Shown here piece after piece: positions 1-7,584 of a stretch of 64,000 nt of DNA (position 1 is the stretch's first letter; each line of letters starts with the position of its first letter). The notes beneath the pieces are model-generated. The model saw only the letters and a list, made by a program, of their open reading frames with translations. It made no database searches and was not told where the DNA came from. Source of the stretch: Dehalococcoidia bacterium (GTDB lineage: Bacteria > Chloroflexota > Dehalococcoidia > Lucifugimonadales > UBA2985); the NCBI GenBank assembly GCA_034421015.1, contig DAOUKT010000013.1:5965-69964 (forward strand). Reading direction: 5' to 3'. The translations under genes were made by a program, and so were the position numbers.

Positions 1-129
1 CGGTTCCGGGGCGTGCGCTACGACGTGGGCAACCCGCTGGGCCTGCTCAAGGCGTCGGTCGCGCTGGCGCTGCAGCGTGACGACGTGGGGCCGTCCCTCG
101 CGGAGTACCTGCGGGAGTTGGACTTCTGA
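1..129 (+). CDS. galU: UTP--glucose-1-phosphate uridylyltransferase, C-terminal end (5' partial)
   Basis: Frame 1 reads RFRGVRYDVGNPLGLLKASVALALQRDDVGPSLAEYLRELDF*, matching the GalU C-terminal RYDxG..G.LKA....AL motif. Confidence 0.8.
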   Translation, partial: RFRGVRYDVGNPLGLLKASVALALQRDDVGPSLAEYLRELDF

Positions 130-134
130 CAATC

Positions 135-177
135 CTCCCCGCTCACCCTGAGCCTGTCGAAGGGAGTGAGCGGGGAG
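135..177. repeat. Palindromic repeat of the CCGCTCA..TGAGC(C/T)TGTCGAA family
   Basis: ctccccgctcac-cctgagcctgtcgaagggа-gtgagcggggag outer inverted repeat. Related copies at ~7620-7660, ~7675-7735, ~20690-20750, ~20772-20832 and ~51258-51283. Confidence 0.8.
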
Positions 178-217
178 CTTACGGGCGCAGTGACCGTCCA
201 CTGACGCCCAACCAGAC

Positions 218-345
218 CACTCCTGCGGAGCCTGCCGCAACCACTCCCGCGCAGGCAGGAGTCCAGGGGTAGGGAGTCCTCTCAGCCGGTCGCCCTGGAT
301 TCCGGCGTGCGCCGGAACGACGATGGCGCGGGGAGCTCCGCCGGA
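218..345. repeat. Cluster of CGTC-type REP-like palindromes
   Basis: ccactcccgcgcaggcaggagtcca and ctggattccggcgtgcgccggaa stem-loops; the same block recurs at ~1404-1500. Confidence 0.75.
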
Positions 346-400
346 ATGGTTGTTTGGCGTGCTGCCTGCGCCTGGTGTACAATGCCTTAAGGAGAGATCC

Positions 401-450
401 GTGACCATCGTTGGGGCCAACGCTTATAGACATCTTGCCTTTGAGTGGGT
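401..450 (+). pseudogene. Decayed 5' remnant of a third PaREP1/HEPN gene copy
   Basis: gtgaccatcgttggggccaacgc aligns with atgaccaccgttgaggccaacgc (937, 1549) and has the same upstream tggtgtacaatgcctta.ggaga leader; similarity then breaks down. Confidence 0.6.
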
Positions 451-516
451 TAGCGTTACCATGGATGGAAGCCCCGGGGGTGATCGGCTGCATCGCGCGG
501 AGACAGGAGGAAGGCT

Positions 517-903
517 TTGGCTACTATCAACGACCGGATAACAAAGCTGGAAGACGCGTTTATCACACTGGCGGAGGGTCAGCGTGAGATTGTCAATGTA
601 TTGACGGCTCTGGCGGAGGGTCAGAAGGCTCTGGCGGAGGGACAGAAGGCTCTGGCGGAGGGCCAGCGTGAGATTGTCAATGTATTGACGGCTCTGGCGG
701 AGGGACAGAAGGCTCTGGCGGAGGGCCAGAAGGCCCTGGCGGAGGGCCAGCGTGAGATTGTCAACGTATTGACGGGTCTGGTGGAGGGACAGAAAGCCCT
801 GGCGGAGGGCCAGCAGACTCTGATTGAGGGGCAGAAGGCTATTATAGCCACTCTGCAAGACCACTCCATAGAGTTGAAGCTCATCCGGGAGCATCTTGGG
901 TAG
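517..903 (+). CDS. Heptad-repeat coiled-coil protein (LAEGQKA repeats), 128 aa
   Basis: TTG start after GGAGG RBS; 13 heptads built from LAEGQKA, LAEGQRE and IVNVLTA. Confidence 0.8.
   Translation: MATINDRITKLEDAFITLAEGQREIVNVLTALAEGQKALAEGQKALAEGQREIVNVLTALAEGQKALAEGQKALAEGQREIVNVLTGLVEGQKALAEGQQTLIEGQKAIIATLQDHSIELKLIREHLG
568..840 (+). repeat. 21-bp coding tandem repeat with 84-bp higher-order period
   Basis: The unit (LAEGQRE-IVNVLTA-LAEGQKA-LAEGQKA) occurs twice, followed by a diverging third copy. Confidence 0.9.
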
Positions 904-936
904 CGCTTATTCTTAAAATGCCTTACGGAGATATCG

Positions 937-1320
937 ATGACCACCGTTGAGGCCAACGCCGACCGCATATTCGCAGACGCCCGCCTTATGCGGGACGTGG
1001 CCCTTGAGCGTCTGGCAGCGGGCGACATCCGGGACGCGGCGGAGAAGGCGTGGTGCGCCACGGACCGCGCCACGGAGGGCCTTGTCCTTGTGCGCACGGG
1101 CCAGGAGCCCGGAACGTCCACCGCCGCCGGCCGCAGGCTGCGGGACCTTGTAGAGGCCGACCGCTCCTTTGAAAACCTTGCGTTCCGTTACCACTACCGT
1201 CAGACAGCGCTCCACGGCGAGTGCTTTTACCACGACTACTGCCAGCCGGTGGTGACTGAGCGTCTCATCCGCGAGACCTCTGACTACGTGGTGGACGCTG
1301 AGCGTCTGGCCCGGGAGTAG
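937..1320 (+). CDS. PaREP1-family HEPN domain protein, copy 1
   Basis: A.ERL..GDIRDAAEKAW.A and LH..CFY motifs typical of PaREP1/HEPN; R-x4-H present (RQTALH). Confidence 0.75.
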   Translation: MTTVEANADRIFADARLMRDVALERLAAGDIRDAAEKAWCATDRATEGLVLVRTGQEPGTSTAAGRRLRDLVEADRSFENLAFRYHYRQTALHGECFYHDYCQPVVTERLIRETSDYVVDAERLARE

Positions 1321-1548
1321 TCCGCTCCTCGTCTCCATTACCCCTGGATTCCGGCCTCCGCCGGAATTACGATGGGATGTCTACTTCGACCACTCTGCGG
1401 ACGCAGCCTGCCGCAACCACTCCCGCGCAGGCAGGAGTCCACTCTCAATCTACTGGCACAGCAATCCGCCCCTGGATTCCGGCGTGCGTCGGAATGGTTG
1501 TGTGGCGTGCCGCCTGCGCCTGGTGTACAATGCCTTACGGAGATATCG

Positions 1549-1932
1549 ATGACCACCGTTGAGGCCAACGCCGACCGCATATTCACAGACGCCCGCCTTA
1601 TGCGGGACGCCGCCCTTGAGCGTCTGGCCGCGGGCGACGTCCGGGACGCGGCGGAGAAGGCGTGGTGCGCCACGGTCCGCGCCACGGAGGGCCTTGTCCT
1701 TGTGCGCACGGGCCAGGAGCCCGGAACGTCCACCGCCGCCGGCCGCAGGCTGACCGCCTTATCCGAGGACGACCCATCGCTGATGGACCTCCGATTACGC
1801 TATTCCGACCGCCAGAGGGTGCTCCACGGCGAGTGTTTCTACCACGACTACTGCCAGCCGGTGGTGACTGAGCGTCTCATCCGCGAGACCTCTGACTACG
1901 TGGTGGACGCTGAGCGACTGGCCCGGGAGTAG
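1549..1932 (+). CDS. PaREP1-family HEPN domain protein, copy 2
   Basis: ATG at 1549 after the same leader as copy 1; same length (127 aa); R-x4-H present (RQRVLH). The upstream extension in the ORF track (from 1372) is translated repeat sequence. Confidence 0.75.
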   Translation: MTTVEANADRIFTDARLMRDAALERLAAGDVRDAAEKAWCATVRATEGLVLVRTGQEPGTSTAAGRRLTALSEDDPSLMDLRLRYSDRQRVLHGECFYHDYCQPVVTERLIRETSDYVVDAERLARE

Positions 1933-1991
1933 TCCGCTCCTCGTCTCCATTGCCCCTGGATTCCGGCCTACGCAGGAGTGGTTACTTTTAT

Positions 1992-2041
1992 CGTCATGCC
2001 CGTGCAGCCTGCCCCGTACTTGATACGGGGACGGGCATCCG
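1992..2041. repeat. CGTC-type REP with a nested 23-bp hairpin module
   Basis: cgtcatgcccgt-gcag-[cctgccccgtacttgatacgggg]-acgggcatcc. Confidence 0.8.
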
Positions 2042-2264
2042 GGGGCGGGGCGCAGCCCTCTCCGTCGCGCCCTGAGCGCGGGCGGGGGGAGACAGGCGCA
2101 GCCACTCGTAGTAGAATTGGTGAAATAAAGGACAAAACCCCTATTCCGTTCTTGACACTAATGGTACAATCTGTAATCGGGTATAATACTTGTTTCTCGT
2201 TTGGAAACGTATGGCGAGACAGCACGGACATTATGCTGACTAAGCACTTGAGGAGGTTCGTTAG

Positions 2265-5228
2265 ATGCGAACTATAGATTATGCAACCTTGGTCAAAAAG
2301 CCCTCCAACCTGGCCTGGTGGCACACGAGTTGGACTGGGCGATTAATCCTGGCGGCCCTCCTGGTGGCCGCCGCCGCTATGGTCCTCTTGCCAAACAGGG
2401 CCTCTGCGCAGGCGGCGCTGGTTCCCGCCGATGTTTGCAAAAGCCAGACAGACGGCGGGCAGATAGTCGACACATACTTGGCAACACCCGGCAATCCAGA
2501 CCTGATATCCGACTGTGTTGCGTTGCTTACTGCTGGAATGTCCTTGGATGATCCTAACGATGAAGTCAACTGGATAGTGGATGAAGGTCAGTCTCTGACA
2601 GACGACATAACCCAATGGACTGGGATCGGATTGTCCGCCGCCGACAATACCGCGCGAATTAACTCAGTTGACCTGGACACAGGTGTCGCAGATTTGACAG
2701 GATCAATTTCCGGTGAATGGGCCGAGCTGACGGCCCTGACGAGCCTGAATCTAGCCAACAACGACTTGAGTGGGGCCATCCCCCGTGAAGTCTGGGATCT
2801 CTTTGAGGAAAATCTGGATGAAGACGCGGGCGACGTCACGACTGGTACAACCCAGAGCAGGGCGAACTTCAATATCGACGGCAACCCTGACCTGAACCCG
2901 TCTCCCGCGCTCAACCTGAAGGCGGACGTGACCAAGATAGCGGAGGAAGACGAGGACAACGCCGGCAAGACCCGCATAGATGTCACGTTCAATACCGTCT
3001 GGTACACCTTGGAAGTCGGGAAGCATGATTACCGGTACCGGGTCGGTGACGGGGACTGGGGGCCGAACACGGCGGCTGACAGCAACGGCTGGAGAACACT
3101 GGAGACCAGATGTTACGACAGCGCGACGCCACCGGCCGCTCAACTCTGCGCCAAGACAGACGAAGAGGCCACGACTACCGTCAGGAACGATATACCTATA
3201 CATGGGCTGGACGCGGACAACTCCTACACCTTCGAGGTGCGGGCGGTCAAGGAGGTCTTGGGGGATAACCCTGATACGACGGAGGTCGAAACGGACTATG
3301 CCATAACCACAATGACCACGTCCACACTGGACCTCGTGGGCCCCCAGACGCTGACGGCGGGCAACATGTACAGCCTCGGCGTAGCGGTAGCTTACACGTC
3401 GGCTACGTCCGCGGACGCCGCAAAGCTTCCCAACCCGACTGTGGACTCCGAGGACGCGGGCAACATCAGGCTCACTTTCAACCCCCTTGCAGAGGGAGAC
3501 ACAACCGTCGACCTCGTGCAGGATCACGGCTCCCACGCCTTCCCGGTGGACATCCTGGCGGCGGACACGGCGCCAGCGAAAGCAAGGCAGATGCCCAACC
3601 GGGAGCTGCCCAATGACCGCCGGGCCGTGCGCATCAATCTTGCCAGGTATTTCGACGGCACTGACATCACATACAGCTTTGATGAGGGCAGCAATCCAGA
3701 AATCATTGAGACCAGCATCAATAATAGCAATGAGCTGGTCATGATTCCCAGGCGGATAGGCCAGACCTGGATAACCGTGACCGCTATGAACCCCAACAGG
3801 GCCACGACGACCCAGACCTTCAGGGTGAGGGTCATAGAGCCCAACAGCGCCCCGTTCCTGGCGGTTGCAATCCCTGACCTGACCCTCTACCTGGACGACC
3901 CGGGCACCCAGGTGGACATGAGGCAGTACTTCCGGGATGAGGACAACGACTTCCTGCAGTTCAGGCCGTCGTCGGCCGACCCCAGGAAGGTGACGGCAAC
4001 GGTCATTGGCCCCAACGTGATCTTCAACGTGGTGAATCTTGGCGAGACCAGGATGACCATCATTGCCCAGGACGGCCGGGGAGGTGAGGCGTTCAGCTCC
4101 TTCAACATCAGGGTGCTTGATCCCAATCAGGCGCCGGAAGCCGTGGGGGAGATTGCGTCCCAGCACATACGCCTTGATGAGGTGGCTGGCGTGGAGATAG
4201 ACGTCTCCGCGTACTTCTCGGACAGAGACCCGCTGACGTACACCGTGAAGTCGGCGGACGCTGGGATAGCGTCGGCGTCGGTGGAGGGCAGCGTGGTGGC
4301 GATAACGCCCGTGGCTGAGGGCGAGACTACGGTGACTGTGACGGCCACGGACGACGCCGGGGCAAGTGTCTCCCGAAACGGCAGGGTGGGGCAGCCCAAG
4401 TCTGCCACCCAGGAGATAATGGTGGAGATTCTGCCCGCCAACAAGCCGCCGGTGCTGGTGGGAGAGATACCGGACTATGAGATAAACGATGACGACGAGC
4501 CCCTTGGCGTGGACGTATCGCCCTACTTCAACGACCCGGACAGCGACCTGCTGTACTTCTCCGCAACCGGCAGCGATGATACCCTGGCCAGGGTGGACGT
4601 GCACGAGGTCTCCACGGTGGTGGTCAGGCTCCTGAGGCAGGTAGAGTCCGGCAGCGAGGAGACGCTTGAGATAACCGTGACCGCCAGGGACGAGGTGGGC
4701 GAGGCGGTTTCGGACGAGTTCGCGGTGAGAGTGGTGGGCAACCTGCCGCCGGAGGCGGTGGGCAGCCTGGACGCCCAGGTGCTCCTTGAGGGAGGCCGAG
4801 CGCTGGAGATCATGATGTCGGAGTACTTCACCGACGTTAATGGCGACGAGCTGGCGTTCACGGCCGAGTCCACCAACTCAACGGCCGTGGGGGCAATCAT
4901 AATCGACGGCAGCGACCTCCTGGTGCTGAGGCCCCTTGGCCCCGCCGAGGAGGTGGCGGTGACGGTGACGGCCACGGACCCGGACGGCGAGTCCGCGAAC
5001 CAGGGTGTAAACGTGACGGTGATTGCGGCTGCGCCGCCGCCCACTGCAACGCCGGAGCCGACGGCCACGCCGGAACCCACGGCTACGCCGGCGCCCACGG
5101 CTACGCCAGCGCCGACGGCTACGCCGGTGCCTGAAGAGGGCGGCTTCCCGATAGCGGTGATAGTGATAATAGTCCTGCTGCTGGCAGGCGCGGCTGCGGT
5201 GGTGTTCATCATCCAGCGAAGGCGCTAA
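2265..5228 (+). CDS. Large secreted, membrane-anchored surface protein (short LRR, FN3-like, multiple cadherin/Ig-like repeats, PT linker, C-terminal TM)
   Basis: Signal peptide ending ASA-Q; LRR LTALTSLNLANNDLSGAIP; YTFEVRA FN3-like strand; repeated N..P..vg.i...dvs.YF.D.D.d.L.y modules; PTATP linker; TM followed by QRRR. Confidence 0.9.
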   Translation: MRTIDYATLVKKPSNLAWWHTSWTGRLILAALLVAAAAMVLLPNRASAQAALVPADVCKSQTDGGQIVDTYLATPGNPDLISDCVALLTAGMSLDDPNDEVNWIVDEGQSLTDDITQWTGIGLSAADNTARINSVDLDTGVADLTGSISGEWAELTALTSLNLANNDLSGAIPREVWDLFEENLDEDAGDVTTGTTQSRANFNIDGNPDLNPSPALNLKADVTKIAEEDEDNAGKTRIDVTFNTVWYTLEVGKHDYRYRVGDGDWGPNTAADSNGWRTLETRCYDSATPPAAQLCAKTDEEATTTVRNDIPIHGLDADNSYTFEVRAVKEVLGDNPDTTEVETDYAITTMTTSTLDLVGPQTLTAGNMYSLGVAVAYTSATSADAAKLPNPTVDSEDAGNIRLTFNPLAEGDTTVDLVQDHGSHAFPVDILAADTAPAKARQMPNRELPNDRRAVRINLARYFDGTDITYSFDEGSNPEIIETSINNSNELVMIPRRIGQTWITVTAMNPNRATTTQTFRVRVIEPNSAPFLAVAIPDLTLYLDDPGTQVDMRQYFRDEDNDFLQFRPSSADPRKVTATVIGPNVIFNVVNLGETRMTIIAQDGRGGEAFSSFNIRVLDPNQAPEAVGEIASQHIRLDEVAGVEIDVSAYFSDRDPLTYTVKSADAGIASASVEGSVVAITPVAEGETTVTVTATDDAGASVSRNGRVGQPKSATQEIMVEILPANKPPVLVGEIPDYEINDDDEPLGVDVSPYFNDPDSDLLYFSATGSDDTLARVDVHEVSTVVVRLLRQVESGSEETLEITVTARDEVGEAVSDEFAVRVVGNLPPEAVGSLDAQVLLEGGRALEIMMSEYFTDVNGDELAFTAESTNSTAVGAIIIDGSDLLVLRPLGPAEEVAVTVTATDPDGESANQGVNVTVIAAAPPPTATPEPTATPEPTATPAPTATPAPTATPVPEEGGFPIAVIVIIVLLLAGAAAVVFIIQRRR
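5040..5129 (+). repeat. 18-bp coding tandem repeat (PTATP[E/A/V] x5)
   Basis: Translates to PTATPEPTATPEPTATPAPTATPAPTATPV. Confidence 0.85.
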
Positions 5229-5260
5229 GCCCCGCCGGTAGCGGCAAGCTAGGCAACACT

Positions 5261-5298
5261 CGGGCCCCCCGTTGACCAGACGGGGGGCCCGGTCTTTT
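5261..5298 (+). terminator. Rho-independent terminator
   Basis: cgggccccccg-ttgaccaga-cggggggcccg hairpin followed by gtctttt, 33 bp after the stop codon. Confidence 0.8.
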
Positions 5299-5337
5299 GG
5301 CGCGGCTCAGGGCGTCCGGGGCATGACGGGAGTTTAT

Positions 5338-5830
5338 CTACCATTCCTGCGCAGGCAGGAATCCAGGGCGACCGGCGGGGTGCGTCTCACGTAAGGGCGG
5401 TTCGCGAACCGCCCCTGCACATTCCCACTGAATTGGAGAGAGTCGGCAAGGGCGGCAGACTGCACGGGCGTGACGCGAAAAGGCCACGTCTCATCGTCAT
5501 TCCTGTGTAGACGGGAGCCCCACCCCTGGACTCCTGCCTGCGCAGGAGTGGTTGCGTTTTTCGTCATTCCCGTGAAAACGGGAATCCAGGGGCAGGGGGC
5601 GGAGACCATTCCTGCGAAGGCAGGAATCCACAGCGACCGGTGGGAGATGGCAGGGTGCTGTGGGCTCCCGTCTGCACGGGAGCGACGATGAACCGTCATT
5701 CCGGCGGGGGCCGGAATCCAGCGACTGGCGGTAGCCCAGCCCCTGGACTCCTGCCCCCGTATCAAGTACGGGGCAGGCTGCGCAGGAGTGGTCGCGTTTC
5801 TCGTCATTCCCGTGGAAACGGGAATCTAGG
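5338..5830. repeat. Intergenic REP mosaic (many CGTC-type, one GTAG-type at 5391-5418)
   Basis: Repeated cattcctgcgcaggcaggaatcc and cgtcattcccgtgaaaacgggaatcc palindromes, plus gtaagggcggttcgcgaaccgcccctgc, between convergent genes. Confidence 0.9.
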
Positions 5831-5845
5831 GGCGGGGGGCGGGGT

Positions 5846-6649
5846 CTAGCCGCCGCCTTGTATAGCCCTCTCAACAGCCTCGTTGAGGCACAGGCCGTCA
5901 GTGAGGTTGCCGGAGGCGTCCAGGACGCGGCGGCCCTCGACGCGGATGTCCCCCTTGGAGAACGCCTTCAGCGTCTCCACAAGCAGCGGGCGCTCCCGCC
6001 TGACGCCCTCCTGCCGGATGAGCCGGAAGAGGGGCAGGTCCTCGCCTTGGCTAGCCTTGAGGAACTCAGTCGAGAGACTTATAGTCTGCCGCCGGAGCGG
6101 GTCGTAGGCGTCTCCGTGGATGGGGAAGGTGTAGTACGTGAGCACGGGGCCCCTGTCCAGGTCCTCCGTCGCCAGGTGGATGTACCCTCCGGCCTCCTGC
6201 GCCCCGTCCTCGATGAGGCTCCAGATGACCTCCTGCCACGTCCCCACCGGGCCGTTGGGCGGCGCAGGGTGGAAGTTCAGCATGGTGTACCGGTTGCACA
6301 GCTCGACGTCGGTTATCAGCATGTAGCCGGCCAGCACGCAGACGTCGGGGTCGAAACCCTCCAGTCGCCTCATCAACTCGCGGTCGAACTCCAGGCGATG
6401 CCTGGAGAAGGGCCCGCCGCCCCTGCTGCGACGGAACTCCTGGGACGAGAGCGTGACCAGGGGTATCCCGTAGTCGTTGGCCTGGCGGAAGAAGCGGTCG
6501 CTGCCCTCGGCCTCACCCGGCTCGCGGTTGCTGAAGATGAACTGGATATGGGCGTCGAGTTCGCCCGTCGAAATCGCCTCCTGCACCGTCTGGAGCAGAC
6601 CCAGGGAGCCTTCGCCGCGCCCCGTGGAGAACCAGCCTATGTCAATCAC
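5846..6649 (-). CDS. purN: Phosphoribosylglycinamide formyltransferase (long form)
   Basis: IGWFSTGRG N-terminus, LAGYM, LNFHP and DLDRGP formyltransferase motifs. Confidence 0.85.
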   Translation of the reverse strand: MIDIGWFSTGRGEGSLGLLQTVQEAISTGELDAHIQFIFSNREPGEAEGSDRFFRQANDYGIPLVTLSSQEFRRSRGGGPFSRHRLEFDRELMRRLEGFDPDVCVLAGYMLITDVELCNRYTMLNFHPAPPNGPVGTWQEVIWSLIEDGAQEAGGYIHLATEDLDRGPVLTYYTFPIHGDAYDPLRRQTISLSTEFLKASQGEDLPLFRLIRQEGVRRERPLLVETLKAFSKGDIRVEGRRVLDASGNLTDGLCLNEAVERAIQGGG

Positions 6650-7334
6650 GGAGCGTCACCCACGGCCTTCTGCGCCATACGCGGGCCAGCTTCTTCTGGT
6701 TCTTGGTGAAGGTCGTGAGGAAGTGGATAAGGGGCGTGATCTGGCGGCGCACAAGCTGCCCCTGGCCCAGGGACTGCATCAACCCCTGCGGCGTGCCGTC
6801 AAAGTCCGGCACCTCCGCGTAGGCCCGCCCAATCTCTATCAGAGTGTGGGAGTCGCTGACGGCAGTGGTGAGGATGTCGTGCTCACGGGCCAGCTCCTCC
6901 GCCTTGCGGTTGTCCCCCTGCAGGGTGTTGCGGGCGTTGAAGGCCTCCATTATATCGACGTGGGGCAGCACCTGGTACAAGGCCTCGCGCGTGATGACGG
7001 AGCGGCGGAAGTGGTCGAAGGGGTGGGGTATCGACACCAGCCCGCCCTGCTCCTTGATGCGCTCGACCGTCTCCAGGGGCGGCAGGCCGCGCGGCACCTT
7101 TTCCTGGAGAAAGAGTCCGATTATCTCTCCACCCGCGGTCGTGATCTCCTCCCCCACTATCACCCGGAACGGCGCCATCTCCCGCACCAGCAGCGCGCCC
7201 TCAATGGTGTTGTGGTCCGTGACGGCGATGCAGTTGAGGCCGGTCCTGACGCAGCGGGCCACAAAGTCCTCCAGGTCCGTGCCGGAGTCCGGGGAGAACC
7301 CCGTGTGCATGTGGAGGTCAACCCTCAGCGCCAT
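6642..7334 (-). CDS. PHP-domain metal-dependent phosphoesterase
   Basis: DLHMHT..SPDS, AVTDHN, GEE, IPHPF and SDSH PHP motifs. Confidence 0.9.
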   Translation of the reverse strand: MALRVDLHMHTGFSPDSGTDLEDFVARCVRTGLNCIAVTDHNTIEGALLVREMAPFRVIVGEEITTAGGEIIGLFLQEKVPRGLPPLETVERIKEQGGLVSIPHPFDHFRRSVITREALYQVLPHVDIMEAFNARNTLQGDNRKAEELAREHDILTTAVSDSHTLIEIGRAYAEVPDFDGTPQGLMQSLGQGQLVRRQITPLIHFLTTFTKNQKKLARVWRRRPWVTLRD

Positions 7335-7584
7335 GCTCCCTGTCCTCGGTTAGGAGGCGCATCTGCTCGCCGTAGGCCGTCTGCAGCCGCGTAATGCGAA
7401 GCTCCGCCGAGCTGAGAAGCTCGTTGCAGATGCGGGCCAGGCGCGTCCCCTCCTCAAAGAGGCGGGTGGCCTCGGCCAGGGACAGCCCGCCCTCTTCCAG
7501 GGCGCGGACCGTCTCCTCAAGGCTGGCGTAGGCCTCCTCGAAGGTTAGCTCCTCGCTGTTGGATTCGTCGTTGGCGTTGCTCAT
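7318..7584 (-). CDS. xseB: Exodeoxyribonuclease VII small subunit
   Basis: LTFEEA...LEETV..LEEG.LSL.EA..LFEEG..L...C...L..AELRI; directly follows xseA. Confidence 0.95.
   Translation of the reverse strand: MSNANDESNSEELTFEEAYASLEETVRALEEGGLSLAEATRLFEEGTRLARICNELLSSAELRITRLQTAYGEQMRLLTEDREHGAEG

Noticed and set aside
424-894. Minus-strand 156-aa Leu/Gln-repeat ORF
   Set aside because: Antisense shadow of the heptad-repeat gene; no RBS, and the plus strand has one.
937-1932. Diversity-generating retroelement (TR/VR pair) as the cause of the HEPN variable block
   Set aside because: Differences are not adenine-restricted and include many synonymous changes; no reverse transcriptase in the window.
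2152-2187. TTGACA and TATAAT upstream of the surface protein as one promoter
   Set aside because: Spacing is 24 bp (7 bp to TACAAT), so not a canonical pair; the promoter position cannot be fixed.
2751-4604. Long antisense ORFs (also 7638-9011, 21353-23080, 23077-25458, 29670-30851, 52343-54826)
   Set aside because: Shadows of well-supported genes caused by high GC3; no recognisable motifs.
5334-5874. ORFs across repeat clusters (also 11041-11430, 17975-18361) and a possible CRISPR array
   Set aside because: They are translations of REP palindromes. Repeats vary in sequence, orientation and spacing, with no constant repeat-spacer period and no cas genes.
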